64,000 bases of DNA from Eledone cirrhosa (lineage: Eukaryota), in contig OZ024742.1 in assembly GCA_964016885.1 (NCBI GenBank), positions 89,714,001-89,778,000 of the forward strand, read 5' to 3'. Every line of letters starts with the position of its first letter. The stretch's first letter is position 1. Positions 11,917 to 23,233 of this stretch are shown piece after piece. Position numbers and translations under genes: made by a program. The notes below the pieces were generated by a model. The model had not been told where the DNA came from and made no database searches. It saw only the letters and a program-made list of their open reading frames with translations.

Positions 11917-14900
11917 TCTATATATATAAATCTGAGGATGTGTGTGTTAAGGTTTGTAACGGATTCCCGTCCACAACTTCCGACGGATTCTATTCAAAGT
12001 CAGGACAATTATTGCTTTTGGTCAGGAAAAGGTCATGAAGCAAAAAGAAATTTAAATCCATCAACAATAAGGGCAAAAATCGAACATGATCATTCCCCCT
12101 CGCTATAATTTAACTGTTTTACTCACTCTCTCTCTCTGTCGCTCTTCACTCCCTAAATGACAACACTGCAGAGAGAGAAACAATGTGTATGATCAAATGG
12201 AGCGTTTCGTATATTCTCTCTCTCTATAATTTAACTGCTTTACTCTCTCTGTCGCTCTTTACTCCCTATAGGACAACACTGCGGTGAAGCATTCCGTATT
12301 GAGCGTTCCGTATTGACATACGGCTTATATGGTGCATTATATAAATCGAAATGTAACCCGTGAAATTTTTCCTAGGCAAAATTATTCGAACAGACATGAC
12401 CTTATTGCCAGAGTGTTCAGACTGAAACTGGCTAAACTCATGGCTTTTATCAAAAAGGGTCAGGTACTTGGGGCTGTAAAATGTGACATGTTCACCGTCG
12501 AATGGCAAAAGCGAGGGCTGCCACATGCTTACATTTTGATTTGGTTAGCTGATAAAATCAAATCAAATGCCATATACAGCTTTATTTCGGCTGAAATCCC
12601 TAACCCTGCAACTGACCAGGAATTACATGATATCAGCAAAGCTAACATTGTCCGTGTGCCTCGGGTCCTAATGAGCATCACACGTGTCTGAAAGAGGGCT
12701 CGTGCAGTAAGGGATACCCAAAAAAATGTGTTGACCAGACTCAGACTGTTGGCGACAGGTACCCCCTGTACAGGCCCGAGACGGCCTGAGAACGATGGCT
12801 TCACCACAACAGTAAAGGCAGGTCAAGTCGACAATAGATGGGTGGTCCCTTACTGCTCGCTTCTCTTGAAGATGTTCAACGCCCACATCAACGTTGAGAT
12901 TTGAAACTCCGCCAAGTCGATAAAATACATATGCAAATATGTAAATAAGGGCTCTGATGCCGCAATGTTCGCATTTCAAGCTGAAAATAGCAGGGATGAG
13001 GTTACAGAATACCTGGCGGGGCGGTACATCAGTAGCAAAGAAGCTTTATGGCGCCTATTTGGTTTATCCCTACACCAACGGCACCCCGCCATCGTACAGC
13101 TTGCGGTACATTTGGAAAATGGGCAAAGGGTGTACTTTACGGACCAAACCGCCGCCAAGTTGGCTGCCGATGCGAAAGAGACCATTCTGACGGGTTTCTT
13201 CAAACTTTGCCAGTTCGATGCATTTTCGCAAACAATTGTGTACCCCCAGGTTCTATCCTACTTTATATGGCCGAAAAACACTTGAGTGCGAAGAAAGTCA
13301 GGTCAGGCTGTTGAAAGACATCCTGGTGTAAAATTTGACAGCTGTCTTGGAAGGGTTTACACTGTGTCCCCAAGTCAGCATGAGTGCTTTCATCTCCGCC
13401 TTCTTCTGCATGAAATTGTAGGCCCACAAAGTTTTCAGGACCTTTGATGAAGAAATATGTGATACGTACCGGGAAGCCTGCTTTAAGCGTGGTCTTTTGG
13501 AAGGTGATTCGCAATGGGATTCCACTTTAGCATAGGGTGCTTTGTTGAAATCAACTAAAAGTCTACGAGAACTCTTTGCCATTTTGCTTCAAAAGTGTGA
13601 ATTGGGTGATCCCAAATCTTTCTGGGTCAAGTACAGAGACTTCATGTCTGAGGACTTCCTGCGCCTGGCTCATCTGCAGTATCCTTCAGTGGAAGTTGGT
13701 TGCAGCGACATTATCTACAACAAGGCACTCATTGATATCGAGGACGCCCTCCTCGACATTGTAGGGAACGAATTGGCGACGTATGGTTTGCTGTCAACCA
13801 TCAGAGAGGACGCTAACACGTTGGCTCCGGATTTGTTGCGAGAAACAGCATATGACATCGATTCTCTTTCCCAATACTTAGAGGAAAATGAGTCTAAACT
13901 TCTGTCGGACCAAAGGTTGGCTTATTTAACTATCATTGACGCGGTTCAAAATGAGACTGGGGGTATTTACTATCTCGATGCTCCTGGGGGTAATGGAAAA
14001 ATCTTGGGAACAAAATTGATTCTCGCTAAGATTCGTTAGGAGAAAAAAATTGCGTTGGCCGTTGCATCATCCTGGATCGCTTCTACTTTGCTGCCGGGAG
14101 GCAGGACAGCACACTCAACCTTAAACTCCCCTTGGATTTAGTAAAAACTGAGACACCAACATACAATATCAGCAAGAGTTCACACGAAGCTCTGGTTCTC
14201 AAAAAATGTTACCTCATTGTTTGGGATGAGTGCAAAATGGCACACAAGGGTGCGCTTGAGGCATTGGACAGGACTCTGAAAGACATTAGGGATTCTACGG
14301 CTCCTATGGGTGGCGTAACCCTTCTGCTATCAGTGGATTTTCGGCAAACGCTGCCTGTCATCCCCAAAGGGACAAGAACTGATGAAGTGCGTGACTGCCT
14401 TAGGTTGACCGTGTTTGGCCCCAGGTGAAGAGTCTGTAGCTGAGCACAAATGTGAGTGCTCATTTGCATGGTGACAACATGTCTGCAGCATTTTCTAACA
14501 TTTTAACATTTGGTGAGGGCAATGTTCCTGCGGATGACAAGGGCGGCATAGCAATCGACTCTCTGTGCAACATTGTGAGCATCCCTTCTGACCTTTGGGA
14601 AGCAGTTTTTCCTAATATCTTTAATAACTTTAAAAACTTCGATTGGCTCAGCGAAAGAGCCATCCTTGCTCCGAAAAATCCCATGGTTAATTTTATTAAC
14701 GAGCAGCTGATTAAGAAGATTCCCGGTAAAGAGCACATCTTCAAATCTATCGACCTGACGTCAGACCCCGTCGATATCGTTAATTATCCGGTTGAGTTAT
14801 TAAATTCCCTTGAGCCCCCAGTGCTCCCACCTCACATTCTGAAGCTTAGGGTTGGCTGTCCCATTATGCTAATAAGGAACATGCGTCCACCAAAGCAGTG

Positions 14901-15513
14901 CAACGGTACTCGCATGGTCGTCAAGTCACTGACGCCTCAATTGGTTGAGGCCACCATTGTAACGAGGTGCGGGAGAGGGGAGAATGTTCTCATTCCAAGG
15001 ATGAACCTTTTCCCCTCGGCGTCAGATATCACGTTCTATTTCCGGCGAATCCAATTCCCGGTGAGACCATGTTTTGCCAAGTCACAAGGGCAAACATTGT
15101 CGGTGGCGGGCATCCATTTGGGAGAACCATGCTTCGCCCATGGCCAAATTTATGTTGCCTATTCTCGCGTAGGGAGCAGGAATGGACATTTTGCTTACAC
15201 TCCTCAAGGGATGACACCCAATATCGTCTACAAATAGGTGCTATAGATGTTGATGCAAGTGTTGGAGGTGTTGGAGCAATGCCGTCTAGAAAACTATTTC
15301 CTGGTAGGGTCACCCTTGCTAAATTCGGTATTGGAAGATTATTAACCCATCATTGATTGTCCAAAATGCTAATTGGTTCGTAACTTTTAATAACCGGTTC
15401 AACTGCTTTATGTACTTAATTGATAAGCTTATTCGCTTTCAAGCAACGTTTACCTGGATGTAACTTTTCATAGAAAATGAACAAACCTGAGCAAGGCCGG
15501 GCTAAACTGCAAC
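11917..15513 (+). mobile_element. Helitron, internally deleted and decayed
   Basis: 5' TCTATATATATAAA start; 3' GC-rich hairpin cctgagcaaggccggg followed by a degenerate CTAG; RepHel inside. Confidence 0.85.
12329..15237 (+). pseudogene. Helitron Rep/PIF1-helicase (RepHel) with many stops and frameshifts
   Basis: VEWQKRGLPHAYILIWL (HUH motif), DNRWVVPY, KYICKYVNKG, GRYISSKEA, LDAPGGNGK (Walker A), IVWDE, DFRQTLPV, ERAILAP, CNGTR, QFPVRPCFA, KSQGQTL, HGQIYVA. Confidence 0.95.
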
Positions 15514-16004
15514 TATATATATATATATGTGTGTGTGTGTAGCTAGAACGAGAGAGAGTGAGAGAGATATTTAATCAACTTAAAAATCCGTATGTTGTAG
15601 CGCCCACAACGGTGTTGGGGAGAACAAAGTTCCTGCTTTTCGAGCCAGTTCATCTCATTAACAATCGTATCACACCGACTATTGATTTGTAATTGGCATC
15701 TGGGTTGCTCCATTATTCCTAATAATTTGTTTCGGGCATCAGTATTTAAAGTAAGGTTGGGCAAAGGTAGAATAAAGGAGAAACTTACTATAATAACGGG
15801 TGGAGGGCGGGACTGTGTCTTGTTTATATTTTTTTTATCCGGTTAGTAAAATAAGTTGGATTACTTTGAATAAATAATGAATGAATATTATATAATTTAT
15901 GTACTAAATTTCGTAACTCTTCATTAAACAGAGATCATTTTATTGCTTATTCCATTTTGCTGTAGAGTTAGGTTCGTTAGTCAGTATGTGTATGTATAAT
16001 AATT

Positions 16005-16181
16005 GTTTCTACTTTAGGCACCATGCCAGCAATTACCCAGTACATTACTAGTACTTTATTTTATCGACCCCGTAAGGATGAAAGGCAAAGTCAACCTCGG
16101 CGGGGTTTGAACTCAGATCGTAAAGGGGCGTAACTATGCTGGAAAACATGGCGTCCGACCCTCTACCGATACTGCCAATCC
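16005..16181 (-). mobile_element. tRNA-derived SINE (Meta-domain-like core)
   Basis: Minus strand: box A TGGCAGTATCGG, box B GAGTTCAAACCC, core gcctttcatccttacggggtcgataaaataaagtac. Confidence 0.85.
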
Positions 16182-16380
16182 GTATAATAATGACAATTAT
16201 TGTGTACAGCGCTCAGGTGCATTATAACTGTTGTTCTTCTTCTTTGATTTTTTATAAAATTAGTATCACATATCAACTACAACTACAACCACCACCACCA
16301 TCACCACCGCTTCAACTACCATATATATAGACAGAGCGGGAAAGAAAAAGAGAGACAGATAGATAGAGTGACAATGTGAC

Positions 16381-16443
<63 letters not shown>

Positions 16444-16499
16444 AATGACAGGAGGCTGGGCTGGTGTAATTCCTTAAAAGGTTTATTATACTATGATCA

Positions 16500-16551
16500 T
16501 TTCAATGACCGGTTTCAGTACGAATCCGGTGATATCATCAGGTAATCGAAA
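16500..16551 (-). ncRNA. Hammerhead-like motif; mutated mirror copy at about 18135-18186 (+)
   Basis: Minus strand: tttcgat tac CTGATGA ... GAAAC CG GTC attgaaa; ACCGGT palindrome; 3 extra nt before the core; weak stem II. Confidence 0.55.
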
Positions 16552-17096
16552 TATTACAAAGGAATATAATAGACAAAATCCATGGGGCTGAAAATATTTT
16601 CAGGGCTTTTGGGATTCACTTTGGATATTCAGACTCGAACATACACTAGGTATCACCTGATACCATTCCTACTCTTCCATCCTGTATATCTATATGTATA
16701 ACATTGCATTCTCCAACCGTGCTATATATTGCCCATTTACTGCACCTTGATCTGTATTTTATTTCTTCTGTATTGTGATTTCTTCTATGTTCTTATATAC
16801 TTCCTTTTTACTCCCTACATCACCACCCTAGGTATGACTGTATTTTGTATTTTACTTATGGTATTACTTATTCATTTATTTACTCCCTTTACTCTCATTA
16901 TATACGTATCCTTGTACTCATTAGCACACGACCCTAGAATATTGCTCTCTGTACCCTTATATCTGTCTATCTTTATTCACTCCCCCTACCCACCCAGGAA
17001 TCTTACTACATATAACCGGACTAACTATAGTCTATTTGCACATTTCATCAGATTTTATCACTTTCAACTTCACATTACAGGTGTGAATAACTAATA

Positions 17097-17262
17097 ATCG
17101 TTTGGTACACGCGATGATCCGACTGATGTGGCGGCTTTCCCGACTGCACACCAGTCGCTCGGGTCGATCAGCCTTCCTTGAGTGCCTAGAAAAATAAATT
17201 TCCCCTTCTTTCGGTAAACGAAAATACTCGGAACGGCTGCTTCGCCCTGGGGCCCTGTCGGA
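17097..17262 (+). ncRNA. Candidate structured RNA, copy 1 (unknown class)
   Basis: Stems atcgt/gcgat, tccgac/gtcgga, ggcg/cgcc, cgactg/cagtcg, cagcc/ggctg, tgagtg/tactcg; compensatory differences relative to copy 2. Confidence 0.6.
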
Positions 17263-17400
17263 CTTGGAACTCGCCTCGACACCGGTTATTGACTGCCAAA
17301 CCGTACCTTTAATTTCTAGGCTTAATCATAACTTTTAATTTTATCTAGCCTCCTTCTACTAGCACTTAACTAAATCCCCCACCAGTGTGAATCACCAGTA

Positions 17401-17572
17401 ATCGTTTGTTATATACGATGTCCGGCGGACGGCGGCGGACTTCCCGCTGGCACACCCGACGCTTATGACAGTTAACATTCCTGGGGTGCGCGGAAAAATA
17501 AATGTCCATTTCTTTCGCTAGACAATAATACCCGGAACGGCTAACACGCCATTGGGCCACGGGCTGGCCGGG
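17401..17572 (+). ncRNA. Candidate structured RNA, copy 2 (unknown class)
   Basis: Stems atcgt/acgat, tccggc/gccggg, ggcg/cgcc, gtta/taac, gggtg/taccc at homologous positions. Confidence 0.6.
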
Positions 17573-18388
17573 GGTACGCTACGTCGCTAAGCATGGGTTT
17601 AATCTTTTCTCTGTATTCTACCCTGAAACTTTATCGTGACTATCTATAATACACTTAAACTTTTTCATAACAGCCTCCTTCTATAAATTCTTTAACTAAA
17701 TCTCACAACTTCAAACTTAAACCTTATTTTTCTAATTTCATCTTAAATGGCATCTTCTAACTCTAAACATAAATTTAACGTTTCTAATTGTTAATCGAAA
17801 TTTCTGTCCATACATTATACCATGCAGACGCCCACTATATATTACTATATATAGTTTTGTTAAGATATATGTTCTTTGATAAAATATTTTTCGCGGCACT
17901 TCTAGCACGCATGACCAGCTTGATTGTGACCTGACTTCAACGCTGGCCTCTGTCTTTGAAGGGATGGTAGTATTACGCTATAAGCCTACGCCCCTTCACC
18001 AAATAGACATATGTAGGCTTAATAATGACCATATGAGGGCGGCCGACTGGGGTAGAAGCTGGTAAATGTTCGGTCGCCTTCATGTCCCTGATTTTCAGCC
18101 TCATGGATCTTGTCTATTATATTCCTCTGTTATATTTCGATTAGGTGATGATGTCACCGGATTTATTCTGAACCCGGTCATTGAAATGATAATAGTATAA
18201 TAAACCTTTTAATGAATTACACGAGTCCAGCCTCTGTTATTTTATAATAAGTAACTCCGTACTCGCAACACCAACTACACAAACGAAGACGGGTGAGTTG
18301 CATTACGTTGAGTGCTCTCCATAATATTACATCGAGGTTGACGATACGGAATGACCAGTTCTATCCAGTGGTGAACCAACAAACCTAA

Positions 18389-18447
<59 letters not shown>

Positions 18448-18453
18448 GATACC

Positions 18454-18486
<33 letters not shown>

Positions 18487-18491
<5 letters not shown>

Positions 18492-18694
18492 AACCAGTAA
18501 GACCCCGACAGCTGAGCTCAAGCCGTTTCGACGGCTAATTCTGGACGGCTAATTCCAGAATTAGCCGTCGAAACGGCTTGAGCTCAGCTGTCGGGGTCTT
18601 ACTGGTTCCTATTACCCACTCTACTACCTCAAGTATTGAGTACTTTGGTGCGTTATGGTCCACCTCACCTGGTTCCTTACCACATTTCCTTCGT

Positions 18695-18695
<1 letters not shown>
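18487..18695 (+). mobile_element. Short 5'-truncated PLE tail (family F) capped by a perfect 59-bp inverted repeat (18487-18545 / 18554-18612)
   Basis: Perfect palindrome with an 8-nt loop; the right half holds hammerhead stem II, GAAAC, stem III and GTC; homologous to 38357-38495. Confidence 0.85.
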
Positions 18696-18725
<30 letters not shown>

Positions 18726-18935
18726 ATATGAAAAGTGTAATTTACTACACAAAACGAAGGTTATAGAGAAAATTGAGGTTGGTAATGGCACATGGAATAT
18801 ATAAGAGACAGAATACTTTTTTGTGAAAAAACATATAATTTTATAAGGTAAGGAAATAATAATAATATATATATATATATATATTAAAATATAAGTATTA
18901 ATAAAATAGATGTTCTTTTGATCAATTACATTTTA

Positions 18936-18980
18936 TTATACATATTTCGGATGTACAACAGTACGTCCTCGTCAGACAAA
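18936..18980 (-). ncRNA. Hammerhead ribozyme with degenerate cleavage-site region
   Basis: Minus strand: tttgt CTGACGA ggacgtac tgtt gtacatcc GAAA TATGT ataa. Confidence 0.6.
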
Positions 18981-19247
18981 ATATAATGATACATGACATA
19001 TATAATTCTTATCGAGCCCTCTTCGGATTTTTTTCTTCACGTTTTTTATTATTACTATATATATATACAGAGGTATCCACAGTAAGTTGTGGGGTCTATT
19101 CTGCATGAAGAACTCGATGTAATCCACATTTTGAAAATGTTGTAGGTTAAGATAAATCTCGGAAAACAATAAAACATTAAAAGGAAAACAGAGTCATGAT
19201 ATAAGTTAAAACAATGAAATAAAAAATCAAGTCATTAGAGATATACT

Positions 19248-19391
19248 TCACTGCTTTACGATCGTTTCTAGATGATGATAATACATTGTAGCTATACTCA
19301 GTAATAGATCTATGTAAGGTTATTTACAAACTATCAGATAAAGAGAATATTTACTTTCGTGCATATCACCAGCTGTTTTCAAAAGCAATAA
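19248..19391 (-). ncRNA. Hammerhead, U3-A8 variant with ~107-nt stem II (mirror copy)
   Basis: Minus strand: ttattgctt TTGAAAA ... GAAAC GATC GTA aagcagtga; ACGATCGT palindrome. Confidence 0.7.
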
Positions 19392-19589
19392 TAATTTTTT
19401 TCAATAATGATTTTATTCTGAATTAGTAGTATGTTAGTATCATGTCCTTATTTGGAGTTAGTTGAAGAACTAACGAATCAAATTATTTTTTCATATGGTG
19501 TTAAGATGAAAAGTAATATACTTTAGTTGAGGAAAAGTAATATACATTAGTTGATGGCAAAAGTAATATACTTTAGTTGAGGTCAAACT

Positions 19590-20379
19590 ATTGGACAAAT
19601 CCCCCAAACATTTTCCACCAAACCACAGATAACACCATATATTTAACAAATATACTGTTGAATTCTCATACTCTACATCAAGCAATCTCAAACAAAAAAT
19701 AAGCAACTACAACATTTATAAACTTTAAAATAATATGACTACACCACCGCAGCATAAAAAGTCAAATAATACAATCCTTCAACCTAGAAAACACAACCAC
19801 CCAAATCACCAACACAAAAACAACAGAACACAAAATCACAATACAACCCGAACACCAAACCACTCACAAAGCAACCTTCATTCTCCTGCTATCATTAATT
19901 ACAATAGAAATAGCTCAAGGATTAAGGAGAATAATATATGCACCCCTAATAACCATCTTACGTATAGCTGTAATTGCAGAATTAGAAGCATTTGCCCTTA
20001 AATGGAAACTGTTTGAGTGATAATGTAAGATATAAATGCACTGTGTCTACTACAGACTCCAACAAAACATATATAGGATCTACATGAAACACATTTATGA
20101 AAAGATTTTACGCACACTCTAGTAAAACTAGCTAACACCACATCTTTAGCTGAAGCGGTAAATAATTATAAAAAGAAAAAAATAGATTTCAAGTTATCGT
20201 GGAACACCAATCTACAAAGAACTCCATATCTTGGGAACAGGAGGGAATGCAGATTATGTTCAGGGGAGATCTTGGAAATTACTAAATCTAAGGACGATTT
20301 ATTAAATAAAAGACAGGAATTGATCATAGTTTGTAATCACCGTATACGAAAAACATTTAAATACTATAAACCTAATTAA
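19590..20379 (+). pseudogene. Naiad-like PLE linker and GIY-YIG endonuclease, frameshifted
   Basis: CNCRIRSICP/NGNCL...VRYKCTV...KTYIGST*NTFMKRFYAH.../TSLA...W...PY...CRLCSGE...LLNKRQELIIVCNHR. Confidence 0.85.
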
Positions 20380-20639
20380 ATATTCTAAATAACAACTCAC
20401 TATAATTCCATATAGAGTAACATGTATTAGTACCTCTTTCCCCTAATTATCTGCATTCATGATTAGCTTTTGCCTTTTAATGTTTTAGCTTCATTAGATG
20501 TATGCGTTAATGACTAATGGCAACAAGATACACAACCGCCCGTAATTGCATGAGTAAATATATATCTATGTATGATATGGAAATATATTTATGTGTGTGA
20601 ATGTATATATATGTATATGTGTGTATATGTATTTATGTA

Positions 20640-20671
<32 letters not shown>

Positions 20672-20943
20672 CTTGTATATTTGTGTATGTGTGTATGTGT
20701 ATGTATGTATGTATATATATATACATGTGTGAATATATATATATATGTATATATATATGTGTGTGTTTGTATTTGTGTATGTGTGAGTATAGATGTATGA
20801 GTGTTTATGTGAGTATGTGCACATGTATGAGGAGTGTACATATACTCAAAAATATATATATGTATATATATGTGTATGGGTGGGTGTGTCTATGTATATA
20901 TATGTGTATTTATATGTATGTATATATATATATATATATATAT

Positions 20944-21765
20944 TTCGTTCCCGAAAGGTCTATTTTCTAAGCGCTCATATATTCACCTAGCTTATGCTAA
21001 CAGAATAACTATGTAGCTTGTTCCCTTCCTTTTACGGTTAGCCCTCCTCTTTGTTGTTATCTTGTCTCACTCGCTTTACGCGTTTTAATTGTCCTAATAA
21101 CTTAATTTAGTTATTATTGCACCGACGTGAGGTATATGATTTTTAATGCAATGAAATATCTATGATCGTCGGCAAATCACTGATGAGGGACTCATTTTAT
21201 TACATGTTTTCCATGTGCAACCTGCAGTATTCTTCTCCCCATTTTTTCACATATATTTACCTAAACTGCGATTCTGTTTTTTTTCTCTCTCTCTCTCTTA
21301 CTGCTCCCTCGTTCTCTCTGTTTCTCCTACTTTCTTTCGCCCCCTCTGTCATGTCAGTTAACTCTTCCTCACACTTCCACTCACTCACTCACTGTTTCTC
21401 CTCTTCTCACTTCACCCCGTTCGCGACGAAAACATTTTCTCTCTTTCTCACATTTGGATTCGTTCCCGAAAGGTCTTTTTTCTAAGCGCTCATATATTCA
21501 CCTAGCTTATGCTAACAGAATAACTATGTAGCTTGTTCCCTTCCTTTTACGGTTAGCTCTCCTCTTCGTTGTTATCTTGTCTCACTCGCTTTACGCGTTT
21601 TAATTGTCCTAATAACTTAATTTAGTTATTATTGCACCGACGAGAGGTATATGATTTTTAATGCAATGAAATATCTATGATCGTCGGCAAATCACTGATG
21701 AGGGACTCATTTTATTACATGTTATCCATGTGCAACCTGCAGTATTCTTCTTCCCATTTTTTCAC

Positions 21766-21770
<5 letters not shown>
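20944..21770 (+). mobile_element. Tandem pLTR-like repeat (family G), 515-bp period, each copy with a kink-turn hairpin; homolog at about 28130-28645
   Basis: 20944-21258 is repeated at 21458-21770 with a CT-rich spacer; flanked by (TA)n. Confidence 0.8.
21122..21172 (+). ncRNA. 51-nt kink-turn hairpin (copies at 21637-21687 and 28521-28571)
   Basis: ccgacg t GA ggtat ... atatc TAT GA t cgtcgg: NC stem, tandem G.A/A.G pairs, 3-nt bulge, C stem. Confidence 0.65.
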
Positions 21771-21830
<60 letters not shown>

Positions 21831-21831
<1 letters not shown>

Positions 21832-22566
21832 TCCATCCACTGAATTATTTTTGTATAAGTTCCCTGTGTCCACGCATCGCCTGGGAACTTAGCTGAGAAT
21901 TGACTTCCTGTTGACGAAAGGTATACTCCATGTTCCATTCGGAAACCATGTTTATTCCCTTTCAGAAACTAATTAGTTGGGGTGAAATTTTAGTAAGTAA
22001 GTTAATTTTTATAATTTTCGTATTTTACGTCTTTCATATAATTGTTCTGCATCCCCTTGCATTGAACCACAAAGTTACTAAGACAAAACCTGTATATTTG
22101 CTAGCAAAGGTATTCATCTGTATATATATGTTGGTAGATATGCTAATTATTTATAATTATCTCCAAATTATTTGTTGAGCAAAAATGTGCCAAAACTGCT
22201 ACTATAGTTCATAGTAATAGTCCGGCTACTGTCTTATTAACACCCCACTCCTCACTGATTAACCTCGATGTCACGTGATTGATTCTTTTTAATTTGCCAC
22301 AGACCAAGTAGGCAGTGATTTTTGCAATGTCTTGGAATTTAGTCCTCGCTTGCTTTTTTCCATTCACTGAATTATTTTTGTATAAGTTCCCTGTGTCCAC
22401 GCATCGCCTGGGAACTTAGCTGAGAATTGACTTCCGATTGACGAAGGGTATTCTCCATGTTCCATTCAGAAACCATGTTTATTCCCTTTCAGAAACTAAT
22501 TAGTTGGAGTGAAATTTTAGTAAGTAAGTTAATTTTTATAATTTTCTTATTTTACGTCTTTCATAT
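21831..22566 (+). mobile_element. Tandem pLTR-like repeat (family H), ~528-bp period, with a degenerate hammerhead-like motif near 21908-21958
   Basis: 21831-22040 is repeated at 22359-22566; CTGTTGA cgaa...ttcg GAAAC CATG TTT; homologous to 28876-29682. Confidence 0.75.
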
Positions 22567-23233
22567 ATATATATGCATGCGTGTAAATGTGTATTTAGAT
22601 TAGCATCTATTTGTGCGTATGTATATTTTTGGTTAGATATCAAGTTAACTGTACCTCTCTCTATATATAGTGTGGGTATATGCACTTTGTAATCTATGAA
22701 ATTTATCTGTTTTAACTATGCCAGCATGTATTTACCTGAGTTTGATTATTTATGCATTAACCTACCTGATAGTATTATAGAGCGTATCATATGTTATGTT
22801 ATACTAAATGCAATTTACCACACAGTACTATATTGTGTTGGTTAAGTTGTATATAATCGCATTACTGTATTTCATTATCTTATTATAATTTTCATCTTTT
22901 AATATACTATCTTTCCTAGCCATAACCTTAATTTATATTCACCTTAAAACTCAGTACAACACTAATCACCATTTATTTGACATTCCTTTTAAATTCACTA
23001 TACCAGATACATTCAACTATCAGTTTGACAATCCCTTTCCTCCTGATAGATTTTTATACCAAATATACTATTAACACCCTTCAACGATTCCTTTCAAAGG
23101 GTCATGACTTCAACTAAAGTATATTACTTTTCATATGAACACCATATGAAAAAAACAATTTGATTCGTTAGTTCTTCAACAGCCTCCAAATAAGGAGATG
23201 ATACTAACATACTACTAATTCTGAATAAAATTA

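Larger units (their letters stand above)
16438..18390. mobile_element. Fold-back element (family E): inverted arms 16438-16595 / 18091-18247 around a 1.5-kb non-coding loop, then a 3' tail to 18390
   Basis: Arms are reverse complements (catggggctgaaaat / attttcagcctcatg); hammerhead-like motif in the arms; (TA)n on both sides. Confidence 0.8.

Noticed and set aside
16438-18247. Long inverted repeats as MITE or foldback DNA-transposon TIRs
   Set aside because: The arms contain hammerheads, the elements extend asymmetrically past one arm, and tandem partial units are present, which fits PLE pLTR inversion better.
20455-20560. SECIS or hammerhead directly after the Naiad-like ORF
   Set aside because: ATGA motifs are present, but helix length, the AA loop and GA-quartet spacing do not fit; hammerhead core residues are too degenerate.
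21122-21190. U3 snoRNA or SECIS identity for the k-turn module
   Set aside because: Only the B/C-type k-turn resembles U3, with no A/A' boxes or overall similarity; the apical helix is far too short for a SECIS.
21180-21490. Split hammerhead CTGATGA-ggga ... tccc-GAAA spanning the CT-rich spacer
   Set aside because: No stem I can be formed and the arrangement is not kept in the 28.5-kb homolog.
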